Source: Bugula neritina
Lineage: Eukaryota > Animalia > Bryozoa
Length of the DNA: 64,000 bases
Reading direction: 5' to 3'
Assembly (NCBI GenBank): GCA_964035545.1
Contig: OZ037768.1
Location: 24,647,319-24,711,318, forward strand
Part shown: in pieces, positions 1 through 13,400 of the stretch
Layout of the letters: each line of letters begins with the position of its first letter
Position numbering within the stretch: position 1 is the stretch's first letter
Translations under genes and position numbers: made by a program
Notes under the pieces: generated by a model
The model's database searches: none
The model's input: only the letters and a program-made list of their open reading frames with translations
Told to the model about the DNA's origin: nothing

Positions 1-1071
1 AGAGGCACTCACAATTTTGCGCCTGTAGGTGTTACTGTTAGCAGAGTGATCTAATTTTTACGAGGTGAGTTGTATAACTATAAGTCGATAATGAAATATC
101 AATATGAATATGCTCATCATCATGATGATGATATTGATATCAATAGGAATAATTAATATAACATCATGTTGAATATCAAATTCAATATTAATATGATAAT
201 CAATAGACATTGATAATTATATTATTACTAATAATATTATTCTAAGTCCAAGTCTACATTTGTGACCTTGACAAGTTTTAATTGATATTCTCAACGGCTG
301 CACGTAAAAATATTACGCGTGGCTGTAACTGTGAGTTGGTCGTTATACTCGCCTTTTTATACCAAATAAATACAAACCGGATATTGCAAGCCACTAATAT
401 ACATTCTGTAAATAATATTATCAATTGTACTTATACTTATAGCCTATAGGACAGTTAAACTTAATGTTATTTTCATGATTATGACTTATTAGGATGTGTA
501 AAACTATTGGGACTAATTACCACAAATACACTAAAGCCATTATGACTATACTGTATACATAATGATAATGATAATCGGTTAACTCAAACTGAAACTGAAA
601 GCATAATGATAATTCATAACATTTACATTGTGATTGTGATTCACTGATAGTGATAGTGATTGTCATCACCATCGTGATTATTATAACATTAACATAATGA
701 TGAACTTTAAGTGATAATGGTAACCATAATCATAATGTAAATATCAATTCTTATGAGACAGAGATAAACTTTGTGTTTTCACTATAACTATTGTATTGGA
801 CTTGGTTTTACTATTACTTGGTTACACTACTCACTACTGCCTACTTAGTCTTACCGTAACTATTACTGTTAGTGTTACTCGGACTCTTAGTTTTAGAGTT
901 AGTCTTACTCAGAGGTTCTACAAATACAGATAAGAATATTTTTTGGCAAGATTCAAGTTGAAATTAGTTGCAATTAGCTTTGATTCATATAAATTAGTTC
1001 TTAAAACTGTTAATTAATTGATTTCAGTGTCAACTCATGTTGTTGTAGATTGTTGTATGTAAGGTTAGCCC

Positions 1072-4000
1072 ATGATGGTAACTACAGTTGTTATATCAGC
1101 CAACTCAGAAATGATGATTACATTCGAACTGCTCGTCTATCCATCTCTGGCTCTCATATTTATGATGCTCATTTATGGAGCATTCGGACCTAGAGTGCAA
1201 TTAGAGAGAAACATCACTCATCATCTCAACATCAATGTAGATAAATGCGCCTCTGAAGATTGTGTCAGGTACTAGGCTCTTAGTCTTACGAACTTTCTTG
1301 TCGATTGCTATTCAACATAGGGGTGGATGTAGTAGTAATCAAAATAGGGGTGGATGTAGTGATAATCAACATAAGAGTGGATGTAGTAATATTCAACATA
1401 GGGGTGGATGTAGTAATATTCAACATAGGGGTGGATGTAGTAATATTCAACATAGGGGTGGATGTAGTAATATTCAACATAGGGGTGGATGTAGTAATAT
1501 TCAACATTCGGGTGGATGTAGTAATATTCAACATAAGAGTGGATGTAGTAATATTCAACATAGGGGTGGATGTAGTAATATTCAACATACGGGTGGATGT
1601 AGTAATATTCAACATTCGGGTGGATGTAGTAATATTCAACATAAGAGTGGATGTAGTAATATTCAACATAGGGGTGGATGTAGTAATATTCAACATACGG
1701 GTGGATGTAGTAATATTCAACATTCGGGTGGATGTAGTAATATTCAACATAAGAGTGGATGTAGTAATATTCAACATAGGGGTGGATGTAGTAATATTCA
1801 ACATAGGGGTGGATGTAGTAATATTCAACATTCGGGTGGATGTAGTAATATTCAACATAAGAGTGGATGTAGTAATATTCAACATAGGGGTGGATGTAGT
1901 AATATTCAACATACGGGTGGATGTAGTAATATTCAACATTCGGGTGGATGTAGTAATATTCAACATAAGAGTGGATGTAGTAATATTCAACATAGGGGTG
2001 GATGTAGTAATATTCAACATAGGGGTGGATGTAGTAATATTCAACATTCGGGTAGATGTAGTAATATTCAACGTACGGGTGGATGTAGTAATATTCAACA
2101 TTCGGGTGGATGTAGTAATATTCAACATAAGAGTGGATGTAGTAATATTCAACGTACGGGTGGATGTAGTAATATTCAACATAAGAGTGGATGTAGTAAT
2201 ATTCAACATAAGAGTGGATGTAGTAATATTCAACATAGGGGTGGATGTAGTAATATTCAACATAGGGGTGGATGTAGTAATATTCAACATTCGGGTGGAT
2301 GTAGTAATATTCAACATAGGGGTGGATGTAGTAATATTCAACATAGGGGTGGATGTAGTAATATTCAACATAGGGGTGGATGTAGTAATATTCAACATTC
2401 GGGTGGATGTAGTAATATTCAACATACGGGTGGATGTAGTAATATTCAACATAGGGGTGGATGTAGTAATATTCAACATAGGGGTGGATGTAGTAATATT
2501 CAACATACGGGTGGATGTAGTAATATTCAACATACGGGTGGATGTAGTAATATTCAACATAGGGGTGGATGTAGTAATATTCAACATTCGGGTGGATGTA
2601 GTAATATTCAACATAAGAGTGGATGTAGTAATATTCAACATAAGAGTGGATGTAGTAATATTCAACATAAGAGTGGATGTAGTAATATTCAACATAAGAG
2701 TGGATGTAGTAATATTCAACATACGGGTGGATGTAGTAATATTCAACATACGGGTGGATGTAGTAATATTCAACATTCGGGTGGATGTAGTAATATTCAA
2801 CATAAGAGTGGATGTAGTAATATTCAACATAAGAGTGGATGTAGTAATATTCAACATAGGGGTGGATGTAGTAATATTCAACATAGGGGTGGATGTAGTA
2901 ATATTCAACATTCGGGTGGATGTAGTAATATTCAACATTCGGGTGGATGTAGTAATATTCAACATACGGGTGGATGTAGTAATATTCAACATAGGGGTGG
3001 ATGTAGTAATATTCAACATAGGGGTGGATGTAGTAATATTCAACATACGGGTGGATGTAGTAATATTCAACATAAGAGTGGATGTAGTAATATTCAACAT
3101 AGGGGTGGATGTAGTAATATTCAACATAGGGGTGGATGTAGTAATATTCAACATTCGGGTAGATGTAGTAATATTCAACGTACGGGTGGATGTAGTAATA
3201 TTCAACATTCGGGTGGATGTAGTAATATTCAACATAAGAGTGGATGTAGTAATATTCAACGTACGGGTGGATGTAGTAATATTCAACATAAGAGTGGATG
3301 TAGTAATATTCAACATAAGAGTGGATGTAGTAATATTCAACATAGGGGTGGATGTAGTAATATTCAACATAGGGGTGGATGTAGTAATATTCAACATTCG
3401 GGTGGATGTAGTAATATTCAACATTCGGGTGGATGTAGTAATATTCAACATACGGGTGGATGTAGTAATATTCAACATTCGGGTGGATGTAGTAATATTC
3501 AACATAAGAGTGGATGTAGTAATATTCAACATAGGGGTGGATGTAGTAATATTCAACATAGGGGTGGATGTAGTAATATTCAACATACGGGTGGATGTAG
3601 TAATATTCAACATTCGGGTGGATGTAGTAATATTCAACATAAGAGTGGATGTAGTAATATTCAACATTCGGGTGGATGTAGTAATATTCAACATTCGGGT
3701 GGATGTAGTAATATTCAACATACGGGTGGATGTAGTAATATTCAACATTCGGGTGGATGTAGTAATATTCAACATAAGAGTGGATGTAGTAATATTCAAC
3801 ATAGGGGTGGATGTAGTAATATTCAACATAGGGGTGGATGTAGTAATATTCAACATACGGGTGGATGTAGTAATATTCAACATTCGGGTGGATGTAGTAA
3901 TATTCAACATAAGAGTGGATGTAGTAATATTCAACATAAGAGTGGATGTAGTAATATTCAACATAAGAGTGGATGTAGTAATATTCAACATACGGGTGGA

Positions 4001-7000
4001 TGTAGTAATATTCAACATACGGGTGGATGTAGTAATATTCAACATAAGAGTGGATGTAGTAATATTCAACATAGGGGTGGATGTAGTAATATTCAACATA
4101 CGGGTGGATGTAGTAATATTCAACATACGGGTGGATGTAGTAATATTCAACATACGGGTGGATGTAGTAATATTCAACATACGGGTGGATGTAGTAATAT
4201 TCAACATAAGAGTGGATGTAGTAATATTCAACATAGGGGTGGATGTAGTAATATTCAACATTCGGGTGGATGTAGTAATATTCAACATAAGAGTGGATGT
4301 AGTAATATTCAACATAAGAGTGGATGTAGTAATATTCAACATAAGAGTGGATGTAGTAATATTCAACATAAGAGTGGATGTAGTAATATTCAACATACGG
4401 GTGGATGTAGTAATATTCAACATACGGGTGGATGTAGTAATATTCAACATAAGAGTGGATGTAGTAATATTCAACATAAGAGTGGATGTAGTAATATTCA
4501 ACATAGGGGTGGATGTAGTAATATTCAACATACGGGTGGATGTAGTAATATTCAACATACGGGTGGATGTAGTAATATTCAACATAAGAGTGGATGTAGT
4601 AATATTCAACATACGGGTGGATGTAGTAATATTCAACATACGGGTGGATGTAGTAATATTCAACATAAGAGTGGATGTAGTAATATTCAACATTCGGGTG
4701 GATGTAGTAATATTCAACATAAGAGTGGATGTAGTAATATTCAACATAAGAGTGGATGTAGTAATATTCAACATAAGAGTGGATGTAGTAATATTCAACA
4801 TAAGAGTGGATGTAGTAATATTCAACATACGGGTGAATGTAGTAATATTCAACATAAGAGTGGATGTAGTAATATTCAACATAGGGGTGGATGTAGTAAT
4901 ATTCAACATACGGGTGGATGTAGTAATATTCAACATAAGAGTGGATGTAGTAATATTCAACATTCGGGTGGATGTAGTAATATTCAACATAAGAGTGGAT
5001 GTAGTAATATTCAACATAAGAGTGGATGTAGTAATATTCAACATAAGAGTGGATGTAGTAATATTCAACATAAGAGTGGATGTAGTAATATTCAACATAC
5101 GGGTGGATGTAGTAATATTCAACATACGGGTGGATGTAGTAATATTCAACATACGGGTGGATGTAGTAATATTCAACATAAGAGTGGATGTAGTAATATT
5201 CAACATAAGAGTGGATGTAGTAATATTCAACATAGGGGTGGATGTAGTAATATTCAACATAAGAGTGGATGTAGTAATATTCAACATAAGAGTGGATGTA
5301 GTAATATTCAACATAGGGGTGGATGTAGTAATATTCAACATAAGAGTGGATGTAGTAATATTCAACATAGGGGTGGATGTAGTAATATTCAACATAAGAG
5401 TGGATGTAGTAATATTCAACATAGGGGTGGATGTAGTAATATTCAACATAAGAGTGGATGTAGTAATATTCAACATAAGAGTGGATGTAGTAATATTCAA
5501 CATAGGGGTGGATGTAGTAATATTCAACATAAGAGTGGATGTAGTAATATTCAACATAGGGGTGGATGTAGTAATATTCAACATAAGAGTGGATGTAGTA
5601 ATATTCAACATAGGGGTGGATGTAGTAATATTCAACATACGGGTGGATGTAGTAATATTCAACATAGGGGTGGATGTAGTAATATTCAACATAAGAGTGG
5701 ATGTAGTAATATTCAACATAGGGGTGGATGTAGTAATATTCAACATAAGAGTGGATGTAGTAATATTCAACATAAGAGTGGATGTAGTAATATTCAACAT
5801 AAGAGTGGATGTAGTAATATTCAACATAGGGGTGGATGTAGTAATATTCAACATAAGAGTGGATGTAGTAATATTCAACATAAGAGTGGATGTAGTAATA
5901 TTCAACATAAGAGTGGATGTAGTAATATTCAACATAGGGGTGGATGTAGTAATATTCAACATTCGGGTAGATGTAGTAATATTCAACATTCGGGTGGATG
6001 TAGTAATATTCAACATACGGGTGGATGTAGTAATATTCAACATAGGGGTGGATGTAGTAATATTCAACATAGGGGTGGATGTAGTAATATTCAACATACG
6101 GGTGGATGTAGTAATATTCAACATACGGGTGGATGTAGTAATATTCAACATACGGGTGGATGTAGTAATATTCAACATAAGAGTGGATGTAGTAATATTC
6201 AACATTCGGGTGGATGTAGTAATATTCAACATAAGAGTGGATGTAGTAATATTCAACATAGGGGTGGATGTAGTAATATTCAACATTCGGGTGGATGTAG
6301 TAATATTCAACATAAGAGTGGATGTAGTAATATTCAACATAGGGGTGGATGTAGTAATATTCAACATAGGGGTGGATGTAGTAATATTCAACATTCGGGT
6401 GGATGTAGTAATATTCAACATAAGAGTGGATGTAGTAATATTCAACATAAGAGTGGATGTAGTAATATTCAACATAAGAGTGGATGTAGTAATATTCAAC
6501 ATACGGGTGGATGTAGTAATATTCAACATAAGAGTGGATGTAGTAATATTCAACATACGGGTGGATGTAGTAATATTCAACATACGGGTGGATGTAGTAA
6601 TATTCAACATAAGAGTGGATGTAGTAATATTCAACATACGGGTGGATGTAGTAATATTCAACATACGGGTGGATGTAGTAATATTCAACATAAGAGTGGA
6701 TGTAGTAATATTCAACATAGGGGTGGATGTAGTAATATTCAACATAAGAGTGGATGTAGTAATATTCAACATAGGGGTGGATGTAGTAATATTCAACATA
6801 AGAGTGGATGTAGTAATATTCAACATAGGGGTGGATGTAGTAATATTCAACATAAGAGTGGATGTAGTAATATTCAACATAGGGGTGGATGTAGTAATAT
6901 TCAACATAAGAGTGGATGTAGTAATATTCAACATAGGGGTGGATGTAGTAATATTCAACATAAGAGTGGATGTAGTAATATTCAACATAGGGGTGGATGT

Positions 7001-8375
7001 AGTAATATTCAACATAGGGGTGGATGTAGTAATATTCAACATAAGAGTGGATGTAGTAATATTCAACATAGGGGTGGATGTAGTAATATTCAACATAAGA
7101 GTGGATGTAGTAATATTCAACATAGGGGTGGATGTAGTAATATTCAACATAAGAGTGGATGTAGTAATATTCAACATAGGGGTGGATGTAGTAATATTCA
7201 ACATACGGGTGGATGTAGTAATATTCAACATAGGGGTGGATGTAGTAATATTCAACATAAGAGTGGATGTAGTAATATTCAACATAGGGGTGGATGTAGT
7301 AATATTCAACATAAGAGTGGATGTAGTAATATTCAACATAAGAGTGGAAGTAGTAATATTCAACATAAGAGTGGATGTAGTAATATTCAACATAGGGGTG
7401 GATGTAGTAATATTCAACATAAGAGTGGATGTAGTAATATTCAACATAAGAGTGGATGTAGTAATATTCAACATAAGAGTGGATGTAGTAATATTCAACA
7501 TAGGGGTGGATGTAGTAATATTCAACACGATATTTTCTGGTTACAGATGTACCAAATACAAAGTTATAATACAGAAGGTAGTCAAGCGTTACAAATCAGA
7601 CTCGGCAGTCAAACAGGAAGTTGTGAAATGCAGCAACAGAATGCACAGAGCCGTCACGTCTCTGGACCCAGACAGGAAGTATGGAGCGGCAGACGAGCAG
7701 CAGCCCAATGTCCTTTACATGGAGGAGTTGTCTGCCCGCCCCTTCTGGTCAGAGGCGGAGTTTGTGAGTGACATAGCTGTACTGGAGTCTCATGTGCAGG
7801 AGATCAGGGAGGAGTTTGAAAATGTGTACAACACGGTGTGGCCAGACGGCTGGCTGGTGAACAACACGTCAACTGGTGAGTGGGCCGTCTATCATCTCTT
7901 CAATCAAGGTGCGCCCATCCCCTCCAATTGTCAAAGATGTCCAAAGACATGCGCAGTTTTGAAAAACCTGGTTTCCTCTATGAGCAACAGTGGAAACCTG
8001 TTTGGTAACGTGAGCTTCTCAGTGGTGCAGTCCAGCACCCACATCAGTCCACACTATGGACCTACTAATGTTAGAATTCGCTGTCACCTGGGTCTCAGGA
8101 TCTCTGACCCCCGCACCTCGTATATGGTGGTAAATGGGGAGAGGTGTGGCTGGGAGTCGGGCAAGTGTCTGCTGTTTGACGATTCCTTCCTTCACGAGGT
8201 GCACCACAGAGATGTTGACGGAGCCGCCAGGGCTGTTCTCTTAATTGACTTGTGGCACCCAGAGACAACACAGCAGGAGAGACAACTCATAGATAATTTA
8301 TTTAAATTTGAGAAAGCTAGTTTTCCCAGTATTCCCACAATATCTATGCAGATCCCCGCCTCAAACGACCTGTGA
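1072..8375 (+). CDS. ASPHD2: Aspartate beta-hydroxylase domain-containing protein (ASPHD1/2-like, membrane-anchored 2OG-Fe(II) dioxygenase); exons 1072-1268 and 7547-8375
   Basis: Exon 1 has a hydrophobic anchor (LLVYPSLALIFMMLIYGAF) and ends AG|gtacta. Exon 2 follows ttacag|A. The phase-2 join gives CASEDCVRCTKY, matching the ASPHD CxSxxCVRC motif. Exon 2 has the Asp/Asn hydroxylase motifs ISPHYGPTNVRIRCHLGL, WESGKCLLFDDSFLHEVHH and RAVLLIDLWHP. Confidence 0.9.
1308..7527. repeat. 27-nt minisatellite (about 230 copies) filling the ASPHD intron; unit ATGTAGTAATATTCAACAT[AGGG/AAGA/ACGG/TCGG]GTGG
   Basis: Perfect 27-nt periodicity with four interspersed variants. It explains the three 2000+ aa repetitive ORFs. 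Confidence 0.98.
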
Positions 8376-9970
8376 CCCCACTTGTCTTCTCTTACGTTGT
8401 GATGTTACTACACTAAACCCTCCTGTCCTTGCTTCTGCAGAATCTAATTATTGTCAAGATTTTTTCATCTTCATGAAAGAATTGTATTTTCTAATGTTTA
8501 TTTCCTCATGTATGTATTTATGTCTTGGATAGTCAACACTAATTTCTGTTCTTTCAGGTAAAAGTTTTTTTTATGAAATATTTATAATGATGCCAGAGCT
8601 GCAAATTGGAATAAAGCTATTCTTTATATATATGTTTATTACATGTAATGGCAGCAATATACAAACTAGAATGTTTAACAAATATTGATTACACTTACAT
8701 GTGTGTTAGAATAAAATGATGTGCCTATTATTAAAAGTCAAAAAGAACAACTCATTTGCAGATGAATTGTGTTAAAAGTTGGTGGGATTTATGGACGGAT
8801 TAGTTTACAGCTGAGTGTTGATGGATGAAGCTGCAATAGACTAGAACTCTCAATTCCATGGAGTCAATTATGCATTCCAAGACTGCTTTTCTTAACAAAA
8901 TATATTGTCTCGTACAGCTTGCCTGCCGACTTTATCTGAAAGAGATAGACAATCAAGTACAAGTATATCATATATTAGGCATACATGACGCACAACATTG
9001 CTGGAAAAACTTTTCTATTTTTGGTACTATGGAAGCTTCAGTAGTCTGTACAGTATTCACTTATTTGTGGGGCTCACCTGTAGAAACCTGTTCTTAGTTG
9101 CTTTTATTTTATCTTCAACTTGTGCTTGATATTTCTGATAAATCACCTTAAAAAATACAACAAAAGAAGAGTACTACTAATATCACAGTACTATTAATAT
9201 AACAGTACTACTAGTAATACTGTTATATTAGTATAACAGTACTACTAGCAACAAAACATCAACAGTCAAGAAAGCTTATTGTAGGGAAGTGAAGGGCATT
9301 GAGCTCTTTACAGCACGTGCAAGAAAGCTAAGCAAGTGTGGAGTTTTACTGCAGAAGGTCATGCTGAGGTCAAAGCATGTCACCACTTTATACAGAAAAA
9401 GATCAAACAGATCATACAATAGAGCAGAGTGGGACATGACAGCTAGAGTTACACTATTACACTGCAATTACTGAAATATATTAGTAACTAAATAATAAAG
9501 AGCATGCTTGAAAAGAGAACAGAAACTAAACATCTACTTGATGCAGCATTACTAACTGTCCAGCAGCTTTAGATTGCTGATGGCAGACATCTTGTGGTCT
9601 GAAGGCAACTAACTTTAGGAAACAACTATTAGTAGGTTAAGCAAAATTCAGTTGGATGATTGAAAAGAAGTTGTTGATGAAGTAACATATTATGTACCAT
9701 TCTTTCAAAATGTAGCTAAAATTCTAAATTCAGTTGGGCAGAAATTCAAGCAATAAAAAGCTAGCTTTCCGTGTCTTGCATACAAACATATTGGATGATT
9801 TCATTGGTCTGATAAAAGTTTGTGAGTCTCTAGCCATTAGCTTGAGCCTCTGCTTACGGAAAAAATTTGCCTACTTAAATTTCACCCGTTGTGTAAGCGA
9901 GGTGCTTGTAAAATCTGCAATGCTGCTTAAAAGGTCTAAGAACACAACTCCAAGCAAAAACTAGTTAAAG

Positions 9971-10121
9971 GTGTGCAGCAGAGAGAGATAGGCTGAGTGT
10001 GCAGACAGAGAGAGATAGGCTGAGTGTGCAGACAGAGAGAGATAGACTGAGTGTGCAGACAGATAGAGATAGGCTGAGTGTGCAGACAGAGAGAGATAGG
10101 CTGAGTGTGCAGACAGATAGA
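9971..10121. repeat. 27-nt tandem repeat (about 5 copies) GTGTGCAGACAGAGAGAGATAGGCTGA
   Basis: Visible periodicity. Confidence 0.9.
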
Positions 10122-10435
10122 CATGCAGTTGTGCAGTTAGCCGAGGATCTATACTAGCCAGTTGAGCAACCAAGCAAACACTTACATTATCCAGAACTCT
10201 TTCCAACAGACACTCAGTGAAAGTAACAAACTGTTGGCAGTTGCTGTGTACATTTAATGGATGACAATGCTCATGACTTACAACTTATGCAGCCAATGAT
10301 GAAGTTTAAAAATAAATAACATAATTATTTAAGCAGTACACTAAACTGTAATAAGAAAATAAAACTCATCTGCACCAACTTTTGTAAAAAAAAAATCAAT
10401 TGTCAAAATAAAATGTGGGCGGTTATTGCTAGAAG

Positions 10436-13400
10436 TCACTTCCTGTCCGTATACTCATAGAAGCCGACACTCCTGCGGTTAGTCCTGGAGAGCACGGAGA
10501 AAACACGCCCACCAGGTCGCGCCTTGTGCTTCCTCAGTCTGACCTGCTTAGCGTAAGAACTGGTGAGGTCAGGGGGAGACAATATCTTGTTGTAACTTGT
10601 CTCTAGAAGGGAGGAAAGACGGTCACGTAAACCGCTGACTTTCTCTAAGAATTGTGAGCTACCCAGACCTTTGGGAGACGAGTTCAACTCGTACATACTC
10701 CGGCATAGCCCTGACGAGTTGAGATGAGATGGAGAGGATAACTCTAACATAGACTGGGAGTGTAGACTGTAAGTAGAGTGACTAGTTAGGGGAGGAGGTG
10801 TGTCGCTGCCATAGAGAGTGCTAGGAGCCGCGTGTTCACTGAGACTGCTGCTGAGAGAGCTCGAGTCTGAAGATGTGTTGAGGTTTGGTGAACTCTTGAA
10901 GAAGTCTGGCTTTGAGCTCAGACGACCAGCTTTAACTGAGCTTACGCGACTGAAGTCAGCAAACAGTTCTAAAAACATGTCAAGTGTTTGTTTGCTGTTT
11001 TCATCGAGTCTTACCTTCACCTTTGAGAGTTCCTCGTCTGACCTCATGAGTTCTTCCTGCAACCAATAGAAACCCTTGTGACATTGTGTGTGACATTGTG
11101 TGTAACATAGTGTGTGACATAGTGTGTGGCATTGGGTGTGACATAGTGTGTGACATAGTGTGTGACATAGTGTGTGGCATTGTGTGTGACATTGTGTGCG
11201 ACATAGTGTGTGACATTGAGTGTGACATAGTGTGTGGCATAGAGTGTGACATTGTGTGTGACATCGTGTGTGACATTGTGTGCGACATAGAGTGTGACCT
11301 TGTGTGTGACGCATACTCAGTAGGGAATACTACATGAACTGCAGTAACAACACGCTAGCCCACTGACCTCTAAAGAACAAACTCTAGCTGACAGATTCTC
11401 GACCTCTACACTCTTTTGTGTCACATCCTTCACTTTCTCTTCATAACTCTGTGCCAGCTCTTCCAGGGCAGTCAGAATGTCACGGATTTCATCCTGTAGT
11501 CAGAGTATGTAGCATAGTTACTAGTATGTAGTATAGTTACTAGTATGTAGCATAGTTACTTGTATATAGTGTAGTTACTAGTATGTAGTATAGTTACTAG
11601 TATGTAGTATAGTTACTAGTACATAGTATAGTTACTAGTACATAGTATAGTTACTAGTACATAGTATAGTTACTAGTACATAGTATAGTTACTAGTATGT
11701 AGTATAGTTACTAGTACATAGTATAGTTACTAGTATGTAGTATAGTTACTAGTATGTAGTGTAGTTACTAGTACATAGTATAGTTACTAGTATGTAGTGT
11801 AGCTACTTGTATGTAGTATAGTTACTTGTAATAATAGTATAGTTACTAGTACATAGTCATTAGTACACAGTCACTAGTACCTTTGACTCAGAGTGGGTCC
11901 TAGTCATCTCCCTGTACTCCGACAGCACCAAAGTGTTATTCTGCGTCAGCGTCTGATTCTCAAGTTTCAATTCTCTTATTTGACTTTCCAAGCTGAGAAT
12001 ATCTCTGCTTCTTTCTTCCAGTTCATCATCCTAGTCAGTGAAATATACAGTGTAGATATAGTGTAGATACTGTGTAGATATAGTGTAGATATATACAGTG
12101 TAGATACAGTGTGTAGATACTGTGTAGATATAGTGTAGATACAGTGTAAATGCTGTGTAGATACTGTGTAGTTAGCATATACTATCTACACAGTATCTAC
12201 ACTATATCTACACTGTATCTACACTGTATATATCTACACAGTATCTACACTGTATATTACAGCATGTATATTACAGCATGGATATTACAGCATGTATATT
12301 ACAGCATGTATATTACAGCACGTATATTACAGCACGTATATTACAGCACGTATATTACAGCACGTATATTACAGCACGTATATTACAGCACGTATATTAC
12401 AGCATGTATATTACAGCATGTATATTACAGCACGTATATTACAGCACGTATATTACAGCACGTATATTACAGCACGTATATTACAGCACGTATATTACAG
12501 CACGTATATTACAGCACGTATATTACAGCACGTATATTACAGCACGTATATTACAGCACGTATATTACAGCACGTATATTACAGCATGGATATTACAGCA
12601 TGTATATTACAGCATGTATATTACAGCACGTATATTACCTTGTCATCGAGCTGTTGACACAGACTGGAGATGTCTCGTTGGTACTGAAGACACTCATCAC
12701 AGCTCTCTGTAGCAGGAGGTAGAGAATGGCTACGCTCTGTTGATGGAGGTAGAATATGTGTGCTCTCATATGCTGGAGGGAGTAAAGAGGGCATAGACAC
12801 ACAGGAAGTGAGAGAAGGGGAGGCAGAGGTTGGCACCACGTCGGGAGAGTTTTCTGTAAACAGGATAGGTGAGTCATACCTGTGAGAGGTGAGTCATAAC
12901 TGTGAGAGGTGAGTCATAACTGTGAGAGGTGAGTCATACCTGTGATAGGTGAGTCGTACCTGTGAGAGGTGAGTCATACCTGTGAGAGGTGAGTCGTACC
13001 TGTGAAAGGTGAGTCGTACCTGTGAAAGGTGAGTCGTACCTGTGAGAGGTGAGTCATACCTGTGAAAGGTGAGGGAGAAACTCTCAACTCATATTTTGTC
13101 AGCCTGGCTCTAAGAACTGAATTCTTCTCCTTTTCCTTCTCATATCTTCTCTTCCACTCCTCAGCTGTCAGCTCTTCATTGACTCTGATTTCATTCTTTA
13201 TGGTCTTGGCTCTGCATAATACATACTAACTAACATGTAATATATACGTACTAACATGTAATATATACGTACTATCATGTAATATATACGTACTAACATG
13301 TAATATATACGTACTAACATGTAATATATACTAACATGTAATATATACGTACTAACATGTAATATATACGTACTAACATGTAATATATACGTACTATCAT

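Noticed and set aside
1308-7527. CRISPR-like array
   Set aside because: The variable part is only 4 nt with four recurring states, there are no unique spacers or cas genes, and the context is eukaryotic.
1262-7771. 2169-aa Cys/His repeat ORF (GCSNIQH) and 2080-aa antisense mucin-like ORF (MLNITTST)
   Set aside because: Both are translations of a 27-nt intronic minisatellite. The clean GT-AG join that rebuilds the ASPHD CVRC motif explains the locus, and there is no codon-position-specific variation.
9500-10240. Possible LINE reverse-transcriptase relic on the minus strand (LERVL, GVVFLDL)
   Set aside because: The matches are too short and no further RT motifs are recognisable; it needs a profile search.
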